In this document: piece after piece, positions 7,169 to 12,976 of the stretch | Layout: every line of letters begins with the position of its first letter | How positions within the stretch are numbered: the stretch's first letter is position 1 | NCBI GenBank assembly: GCA_963844965.1 | Contig: CAWJQC010000005.1 | Span: forward strand, 1 to 13,233 | Source of the DNA: an uncultured bacterium | GTDB taxonomy: Bacteria > Patescibacteriota > Minisyncoccia > UBA6257 > 2-01-FULL-56-20 | Length of the DNA stretch: 13,233 nucleotides | Reading direction: 5' to 3' | Translations under genes and position numbers: made by a program | Notes under the pieces: model-generated | Seen by the model: the letters and a program-made list of their open reading frames with translations, nothing else | Told to the model about the DNA's origin: nothing | Database searches by the model: none

Positions 7169-8579
7169 CTACTTTAGAGCTTCAGTCAGTAATTTCCTTA
7201 ACTCCTCAGGATTAGCCCGACCTTTCGTTTTCTGCATTATCTGGCCGATGAGAAACTGCAGGCTCGCTGCCTTGCCCTTTTTGTAGTCCTCAACCGCTTT
7301 GGGATTTTTCTCTATGATACTCATTCACGACTCTTTCCAATTCGCTGGTGTCCGAAACCGTTTCCATACCTTCGCTCTTCACGATCTCCTCCGGGTCAAG
7401 GCCAGTTTCAAACATTTTTTTCAGAGCGTCCTTCGCTTGGCGGCTGCCGATTTTTCCCTGCTCAATAAGCGCGACGAGGTGCGCCAGATGTTCCGGTTCC
7501 ACTTTAATATCGGCAAAACCGATGCCGGATTCGTTCATTAGGCCCACAAGGTCGGATGTTAGATAGTTGAAAACCAGAACGGCGTCGCCGTCCGATTTTT
7601 GTTCCCTCAATTCGCTCACGGCTTCCTCAAAATACCCAGCGAGTGCGGGCTCGCCCACCAAGGTATCTGTTCTCTGCACACCCAATCCATATTCTTCTTC
7701 AAACCGCACGCGTTTCACATCCGGCAACTCCGGCAATGCGTCGCGCAGTTTTTCAATATCAAAAACTTTCGTTTCAAACGGCGGCAGGTCCGGCTCCGGG
7801 AAATAGCGGTAGTCGTGCGCCTCTTCTTTTGACCGCTGGCTCACCGTCATCTGTTTCACGTCATCCCAGCCGCGCGTCTCGTGCGCCACCTTTTCGCCCT
7901 TCTCCAAAATTTCCTGCTGGCGCTTAAGTTCATAAGCAATCGCCGCGCCGACTGCTTTGAACGAATTGATGTTCTTCAATTCCGTCTTCGTGCCCATATT
8001 CAAACTCACATTCGCTTCTATGCGCATCTGCCCGCGCTCCATATCAGCGTCCGAGACGCCCAAGTACCTCAAAATTAATTGAAGTTCCCGCGCGAATTTC
8101 ACGACTTCTTCCGCCGATTTCAAGTCCGGTTCGGTTACAAGTTCCATAAGCGGAACGCCCGCGCGGTTGAAGTCAACCAAACTGGAGTTGATTTTATCGT
8201 CATGAACCAATGTTCCCGTGTCCTCCTCCAGATGGACGCGCCTGACGCGCACGCCGTTCAGTTCCCCGCCTGAGACAATCGGCTGGTCGTATTCCGAAAT
8301 CTGGTAGCCCTTCGGCAGGTCGGGATAAAAATAATTTTTGCGGTCAAACTTCGCGACGGGATTGATTTTCCCACCCAAAGCGAGACCGACTTTGATAACC
8401 GACTCCACTGCCTGCATATTTATAACAGGAAGCGTTCCCGGATGACCCAAGCATATTGGGCAAACATTCGTGTTCGGATGCTTCTCGTCCGAGTCGTTCA
8501 GCGAATCGCAGAACATTTTTGTCCGCGTCCTGAGCTCGGCGTGGATTTCTAGACCAATGGTGGGTTTATATTTATCCAT
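7169..8579 (-). CDS. gatB: Asp-tRNA(Asn)/Glu-tRNA(Gln) amidotransferase subunit B, with an apparent +1 frameshift near 7319 separating the catalytic part from the C-terminal YqeY-like tail
   Basis: The 429-aa ORF (7290..8579) is GatB up to ..SELERVVNE. The adjoining frame (7324..7169) encodes IIEKNPKAVEDYKKGKAASLQFLIGQIMQKTKGRANPEELRKLL, the canonical GatB C-terminus (compare IVDEVIANNPQSVEDFKNGK..GFLVGQIMK). Removing one nucleotide joins them as VVNE-IIEKNPKAVEDY with no gap relative to homologs. Confidence 0.85.
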
Positions 8580-8596
8580 GTTGTGGGCTTACTTGT

Positions 8597-8660
8597 CCGC
8601 CGCAGGTTTAGCGAAGGCGGATGTTCCATGTAATCTATTCTAAACCGCCGCGCAGGTTTT
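8597..8660. repeat. Two direct repeats CCGCCGCAGGTTT (8597-8609) and CCGCCGCGCAGGTTTT (8645-8660) in the divergent gatB/bicupin control region
   Basis: Seen directly in the sequence, about 48 bp apart. One lies in the gatB 5'UTR and the other in the spacer of a candidate gatB promoter (minus-strand TTTCCA-N17-TAGAAT). Confidence 0.3.
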
Positions 8661-8669
8661 GGAAATAGC

Positions 8670-8697
8670 TTGACGAAAAACAGAAACCGTATAAAAT
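8670..8697 (+). promoter_or_regulatory. Candidate promoter TTGACG-N16-TAAAAT for the bicupin gene
   Basis: -35 at 8670-8675 and -10 at 8692-8697. The ~47-nt leader ends in the AAAGGAG SD, 9 nt before the ATG at 8745. Confidence 0.45.
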
Positions 8698-8744
8698 CCT
8701 ATCAGCATCCCAATCTTGGTTTTGACAGAAAGGAGCTCTGCAAG

Positions 8745-9473
8745 ATGAACAAAATGAACGTCTACGAGGAGCTGCCACTCGTGGCAAATGTCTGCAACCA
8801 ACTTCTGCGCGAGGTTGATAAAACGCCAGCATGGTCCATGGCGCACGTCCTTATGAACCCACGAGCATCGTCGCTGCCCCATCAACACTACAACACGGAG
8901 GAGTTATATATCATAACTCGCGGCACGGGGAATTTGGTCAAGAGGAGCGCTGGAAAGGAGCGGGCGCTCGTCGTAAAACCCGGAGATGTGATCCGAATCC
9001 CGCAATATGCTCACCACAAACTTGAGAATGCGGGAATCGTTAGTTTGGAACATTTGGTTTTAGCCACGCCGCCGTTCAACCCGACAGATGTTTATCTGAT
9101 TAAGGACTGGCGGGATCCCGACACGGCACCACAACCCTTCGTACAACCGCTAGTAACCGATTGTTTTGACGGAGCCAAAATTGTCGCCTACAAATTTCCC
9201 GACACGGCGAGCGTCGCCTTCGGCTGGGTTATGGCCGAAACTTCGCGGCACAAACTACCTCACTACCATAAAGAAATAACAGAACGCATCTTCGTGGTCG
9301 AAGGCGGGGGGTTTATAGAGCTCGAGGGTATTCTCCATGAAATCGTCACCGGCGACTGGCTCACCATAAAGCCGCGCGAAATCCACGCGCTTCGCAACAT
9401 CAACGAACAGCACATGGTCGTTGTCTGCATCTGCACGCCATGCTTCAGCATGGACGACGTATATTATATCTAA
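8745..9473 (+). CDS. Bicupin protein (two metal-binding cupin barrels), possibly a sugar-phosphate isomerase or dioxygenase-type enzyme; specificity unknown
   Basis: Start chosen at ATG 8745 with SD AAAGGAG, not the upstream TTG at 8670. Domain 1: PHQHYNTEELYIITRG ... PGDVIRIPQYAHHKLEN. Domain 2: PHYHKEITERIFVVEGGG ... GDWLTIKPREIHALRN. Both fit cupin motifs G(x)5HxH(x)3-4E(x)6G and PxG..H...N. TAA stop at 9471-9473. Confidence 0.7.
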   Translation: MNKMNVYEELPLVANVCNQLLREVDKTPAWSMAHVLMNPRASSLPHQHYNTEELYIITRGTGNLVKRSAGKERALVVKPGDVIRIPQYAHHKLENAGIVSLEHLVLATPPFNPTDVYLIKDWRDPDTAPQPFVQPLVTDCFDGAKIVAYKFPDTASVAFGWVMAETSRHKLPHYHKEITERIFVVEGGGFIELEGILHEIVTGDWLTIKPREIHALRNINEQHMVVVCICTPCFSMDDVYYI

Positions 9474-9481
9474 TCGTCCTC

Positions 9482-9513
9482 ATGCCCGCTCGCCAAGAAC
9501 GGGCATTTTAGTT
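9482..9513 (+). terminator. Rho-independent terminator after the bicupin gene (ATGCCCG-11 nt-CGGGCAT followed by TTTAGTT)
   Basis: 7-bp perfect stem at 9482-9488 and 9500-9506, then a T-rich tail, 9 nt after the TAA. Confidence 0.6.
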
Positions 9514-9554
9514 AAAAATCTTTATTGACAGAAGGCTACTTAATTATAAAAATC

Positions 9555-9573
9555 CCCCGGCTTTCGCCGAGGG
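9555..9573 (-). terminator. Minus-strand terminator hairpin (CCCGGC-tttc-GCCG(A)GGG) followed on the minus strand by AUUUUUAUAAUU
   Basis: This is the reverse-strand hairpin plus U-tract. It lies 8 nt beyond the TAG at 9581-9583, the stop of the alternative-frame C-terminus, and 57 nt beyond the ORF-track stop at 9630. Confidence 0.5.
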
Positions 9574-9580
9574 ATAGGAA

Positions 9581-10424
9581 CTAAACACGCGCTTCAAGAT
9601 TCAGCGCTAATTCGCCAGAATCGACGCGTTCAAGCAGCCGCACGATTGTCGCATACAGTTCGTGCGTTGAGCCGCACCGCCATTCCCAAAGTATTTCGCG
9701 CTCTCCGCGCATTCCTACCGGATACGGATAAGTGGAAGATTCCACGATTATGGGTCGAAAAGTCTGGCAAGAATTTTTGAAGCTGGCCGATGGGTTTCTG
9801 AACACCTTCCGGCACCCACTCCGGCGGCTTGACACCGAACCTGCGCAAATACATTTTCAGCTTGGATGATTTTTCATCGGTGTCCACGTCTCTCGGCGTG
9901 CCGTATCCTTCGAAATACACGACTGCATAGCGCTCCGCGTCAAGCAAGACGATATTGCCGGCAGTCAATGAATCCTTAAGCGGCAATGCCTCATTCACAA
10001 GCGTATGATATTCTTCGTTATATCGCCTGCAAAAGTCCGCAATAAAGTTCCAGTCGTCTTGGTCATAAACAACGGGGAGTTTCGGTGTTTCCTCAAGAAT
10101 ATTCTCCTCCCGATAATTACGCAAAGAAACTCTGCTGTATTTCTTCCAGAAGCTCCTCAGTTCCTCAAGCTTCAATCCACCACGCGGCCAAGATTGAAAA
10201 GCTGGACAGTTGAATCCTGCGTCAACGAGCTGCTGAATCCGGATATTCTTCAGAGGTAAAAGTTGTATCTTCGGGACGACTATGTTTCTTTTACGAAACA
10301 GATTTCCAATAAGATGCCCGAGCGGCGAAGGCCCATCGGCAGCTTTTGTGATATTTATAATGCCGAGCTTCTTCAATATGCGAGCGATTGCTTCGCGCTG
10401 GCTTCCAGTTCGCTTCATATACAC
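9581..10424 (-). CDS. Uncharacterised ~280-aa protein; the C-terminus probably continues in the +1 frame, ending at 9581 rather than 9630
   Basis: Start at ATG 10424 with GGGGGA 6 nt upstream. No family recognised by eye. The ORF-track frame ends in an Arg/Ala-rich tail (GRNARRARNTLGMAVRLNARTVCDNRAAA) that looks like out-of-frame translation. The alternative frame (..GMRGEREILWEWRCGSTHELYATIVRLLERVDSGELALNLEARV) uses ordinary codons and stops 8 nt before the terminator hairpin. The frame switch would be near 9720-9740. Confidence 0.5.
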
Positions 10425-10453
10425 CGTCCCCCTTATAAATCAACGCTGCCCCT

Positions 10454-10481
10454 ATTTTACAAAATTTTTTGAAAACGTCAA
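10454..10481 (-). promoter_or_regulatory. Candidate promoter TTGACG-N16-TAAAAT (minus strand) for the 9581..10424 gene
   Basis: Minus-strand read: caTTGACGttttcaaaaaattttgTAAAATaggggg. -35 at 10481..10476 and -10 at 10459..10454, about 30 nt upstream of the SD/ATG. Confidence 0.5.
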
Positions 10482-10506
10482 TGGTTGCAGATAGCTCGTT
10501 TCGGCC

Positions 10507-10535
10507 TTGACACTGCTTACTGTTCTCCGTTAATC
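10507..10535 (+). promoter_or_regulatory. Possible divergent promoter TTGACA-N17-TTAATC for the 10661..12454 operon
   Basis: Consensus -35 at 10507-10512 and a weak -10 at 10530-10535, leaving a ~120-nt leader containing a small palindrome CCGCA-tcg-TGCGG (10556-10568). Confidence 0.3.
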
Positions 10536-10660
10536 TTCCGATAGGAGCATGTGTCCGTTTCCGCATCGTGCGGATTCAGCGACTGGCTCGTTTTACAACT
10601 TAGCCGAACCAGAAGTGTCCATTGATGACTGCTGGCGGTTTCCTGCAAAGGGAGAACGCC

Positions 10661-10978
10661 ATGCAAACGGCCAATATCACGCTTGAACGCGTCCTGCCGA
10701 TTGAGCAAGCTTTTGCGGCGGCACGAGAAGCAGTCCTTGAAAAAGCCGACGGTGAGAATATTTTTTTCTACAAAGACAAAACATTGCAGCTTCAAGATCT
10801 TTATCCGAGAGAACTGAATTCCGCCGCACTTTACCTCTTGGAAGAAAATGTGGCTTTTCAGCGCGAACTGCGGAAATATCTTCTGGAGCGGTATGGAATT
10901 GACACGCTGCGACTATCCGCGGTCGTGCACCTCGGAAACCGAAAAGGGTATCATCGGAATGATTCCCCCTTACGTTGA
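10661..10978 (+). CDS. Hypothetical protein (105 aa); possibly the N-terminal part of a single protein continuing into the ParB/Srx-like ORF
   Basis: ATG 10661 is preceded by AGGGAG with a 6-nt spacer. The upstream TTG/ATG at 10622/10625 lack an SD. No recognisable domain. It ends in a TGA immediately after a C5 run (10965-10969). Confidence 0.5.
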   Translation: MQTANITLERVLPIEQAFAAAREAVLEKADGENIFFYKDKTLQLQDLYPRELNSAALYLLEENVAFQRELRKYLLERYGIDTLRLSAVVHLGNRKGYHRNDSPLR

Positions 10979-11318
10979 AATTTCGGAGGAGTTGGTGAGG
11001 ATCATACCGCTTGACGGAGATCGCGAACCTCCTCCGTCGCAAATACTTAACGTGCCGATTTTGATCGACGGATTGCACCGCGCGGCTCTTGCGGATGAAG
11101 AAAAGATTCCGCTTCGCTGCATCGTCTGTAGCGGAAACTTTGACCGCCGATACCTCTATACCTCTTACGCCGCGCATGGGTCCGAAATAAAGTTATACAA
11201 GAAAGTTCCACCAGTGAAAAAACGTTATAGGCGACAGAAAGAATATTCCTTCATGCGACCACTTGAGGTTTTCCGATTAACAAACGTCGGAGTTGGCGGC
11301 GAGTATGACAGGAAGTAA
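10959..11318 (+). CDS. ParB/Sulfiredoxin-fold (ParB N-terminal-like) domain protein, ~119 aa
   Basis: VEISEELVRIIPLDGDREPP parallels the ParB N-terminal box (I..I.pNP.QPR). ILIDGLHRAALADEEKIPLRCIV parallels the GxxR/GCHR motif region of ParB/Srx (iaGeRRwrAa..g...iP.iV). It overlaps the preceding ORF by 20 nt in the +1 frame. Its stop (11316-11318) sits inside the SD of the next gene. Confidence 0.5.
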   Translation: MIPPYVEISEELVRIIPLDGDREPPPSQILNVPILIDGLHRAALADEEKIPLRCIVCSGNFDRRYLYTSYAAHGSEIKLYKKVPPVKKRYRRQKEYSFMRPLEVFRLTNVGVGGEYDRK

Positions 11319-11329
11319 GGAGTGATTAC

Positions 11330-12454
11330 GTGCCAAAGAAAACGCTTGTGATTATCACCGGTCCTTCTCGCGTCGGTAAAACAACGATCATCGATAAACT
11401 TCTTGAGATTGTGCCATCTTCAGCGCGATTCGTAACAACGACTACGCGGCCACCACGACCCAAAGAACGGGACGGTGTGGACTATTATTTTCGGAGCCGT
11501 GAGGAATTCAAAGCTGGCATAGAGAGCGGCGAGTTTATCGAGTGGGTGGAATCATACGGGCATTTCTATGGAACTTCCAGAATTGAACTTTCGAGACTGA
11601 TGGACAGCAATTCTGTACTGTTTGCCGCTACTGACACTCGCGGAGTCGTCGGCCTCAAGCAGGAATTTCCTCAAGCCGTCACCGTCTTCGTTAGGCCGGG
11701 CTCAATGGAAGAACTGGAAAAACGGATTGCAAACAGTACCGAGTTAACACCCGACTCTATTCAAAAAAGAATGGCTGCGATTACAGATAAAATGCGGCGT
11801 GCCGGCGATTTTGACTACTTAGTTACGAACGCCGAAGGAAAACTCGGCGACGCAGTACAAGCGATATTCAGTATACTCAAAAACCATACCACCTGGCGCA
11901 TCGGCTTTGACCTCGACGGCGTGGTCATAGACCATACCGCGAATAAGATATCTGTTGCCGAAAGATTGGGGATCCGACTCGCTCCGCGAGAGACACCGTC
12001 GAATATCATGAAGATGAAAGTCGACCCGCAGATCTACAGAAAGATCAAAAAAACGATATATGGTGACCTCTCCGTAGAACTGCTAGCCCCGATAATGCTC
12101 GGAGCGGAAAATGTTCTGGCCAAGCTTAAAACGGCAAAATTTCCGCTCTTCCTTATCTCCATAAGACCGACCACCGAAGAACCGATAGCGTGGCTTAAGA
12201 ACCGCGGTTTATGGGAAAAATATTTCGACAGCCAAAATGCATTTTTTGTAAAGGAACGGGTCGAAAAGGATGAAATTGCGCGCAAACTCATGCTGGATAT
12301 TTTTCTTGATGATGAACCGAGTACGCTACGTACAATGCCTTCGGTACCGAAAAAATTTCTTTTCGATCCTTATGGCGTTTACCCGGAAAACCTAGAGTCT
12401 TACGCTGTGGTGTCTGGCTGGAAAGAGTTCGCTGATGTGATTTTGTCTCTATAA
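11330..12454 (+). CDS. Fusion protein: N-terminal guanylate kinase domain plus C-terminal HAD-superfamily NT5C-type 5'(3')-deoxyribonucleotidase-like domain
   Basis: GTG start with SD TAAGGAG 7 nt upstream. Gmk hallmarks: GPSRVGKTT, TTTRPPRPKERDGVDYYF, FIEWVESYGHFYGTSR, FDYLVTNAEGKLGDAV. The C-terminal half shows IGFDLDGVVIDH (HAD motif I), FLDDEP and VVSGWKEF, which parallel NT5C-family nucleotidases (D.DGVL, LIDDnP, vsGW.d). TAA stop. Confidence 0.8.
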   Translation: MPKKTLVIITGPSRVGKTTIIDKLLEIVPSSARFVTTTTRPPRPKERDGVDYYFRSREEFKAGIESGEFIEWVESYGHFYGTSRIELSRLMDSNSVLFAATDTRGVVGLKQEFPQAVTVFVRPGSMEELEKRIANSTELTPDSIQKRMAAITDKMRRAGDFDYLVTNAEGKLGDAVQAIFSILKNHTTWRIGFDLDGVVIDHTANKISVAERLGIRLAPRETPSNIMKMKVDPQIYRKIKKTIYGDLSVELLAPIMLGAENVLAKLKTAKFPLFLISIRPTTEEPIAWLKNRGLWEKYFDSQNAFFVKERVEKDEIARKLMLDIFLDDEPSTLRTMPSVPKKFLFDPYGVYPENLESYAVVSGWKEFADVILSL

Positions 12455-12462
12455 AAATTGAG

Positions 12463-12500
12463 AATAAAAAATGCCCCCTTCAAGATGGGGCATTTATTTT
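12463..12500. terminator. Bidirectional rho-independent terminator (AATAAAAA-ATGCCCC-9 nt-GGGGCAT-TTATTTT) between convergent genes
   Basis: 7-bp GC stem at 12471-12477 and 12487-12493, flanked by an A-run upstream and a T-run downstream. It lies 9 nt after the fusion-gene stop and 14 nt after the minus-strand DNPH1-like stop. Confidence 0.65.
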
Positions 12501-12514
12501 CCCAAAATTCTTTT

Positions 12515-12976
12515 CTACGCCAATCTCTTTAGCAATTCCTCGGGCGTGGAAACGACTTCATGGATAAGTTTGTGGCTGGAGGGCTCTTCGTACAAATCGT
12601 TGGGATAACTTCCCATCAGCGTTTTCGGATGCAGGGCATAGCACATTTTTCCGGCCATGGCCGCGGCGAAAAGTTCACCGTTCGTGTTCGCACCAAGATA
12701 GCCGTCCTTGTTGAAAATAAAACAAACGTCGGCGACGCGCACTTTGCGGAAAAGATGGTCGTACACTTTTCCCGCGACAGTTTCGCGGTAATTCGCGTCA
12801 GCGGCGAGCCGGTCCTTCTCGTGAAGCTGTTCAAATCCCATCGGCCGCTCTTCAAAATTCGGCTCCAATATGACGGGATGCAATCCTTTTTCCGCGGCAA
12901 GTTTGCGCAGCTCGGCTATGAATTCGGCCAAATCTTTTTTAAAACGGACACTCGTGCAAAAAACGACGGATTTCAT
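12515..12976 (-). CDS. DNPH1/Rcl-like 2'-deoxynucleoside 5'-phosphate N-hydrolase / nucleoside 2-deoxyribosyltransferase-fold protein (153 aa)
   Basis: The N-terminus KSVVFCTSVRF parallels DNPH1 (YFCGSIRGG). The core ADVCFIFNKDGYLGANTNGELFAAAMAGKMCYAL matches the NDT/DNPH1 motif (sDavvA.ld....GTafElGyA.A.gKPv). TAG stop at 12515-12517. Confidence 0.7.
   Translation of the reverse strand: MKSVVFCTSVRFKKDLAEFIAELRKLAAEKGLHPVILEPNFEERPMGFEQLHEKDRLAADANYRETVAGKVYDHLFRKVRVADVCFIFNKDGYLGANTNGELFAAAMAGKMCYALHPKTLMGSYPNDLYEEPSSHKLIHEVVSTPEELLKRLA

Noticed and set aside
8670-8744. ORF-track start (TTG at 8670) for the bicupin gene
   Set aside because: That TTG is the -35 hexamer of the likely promoter. 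The ATG at 8745 has a good AAAGGAG SD and yields a protein beginning at the first cupin domain.
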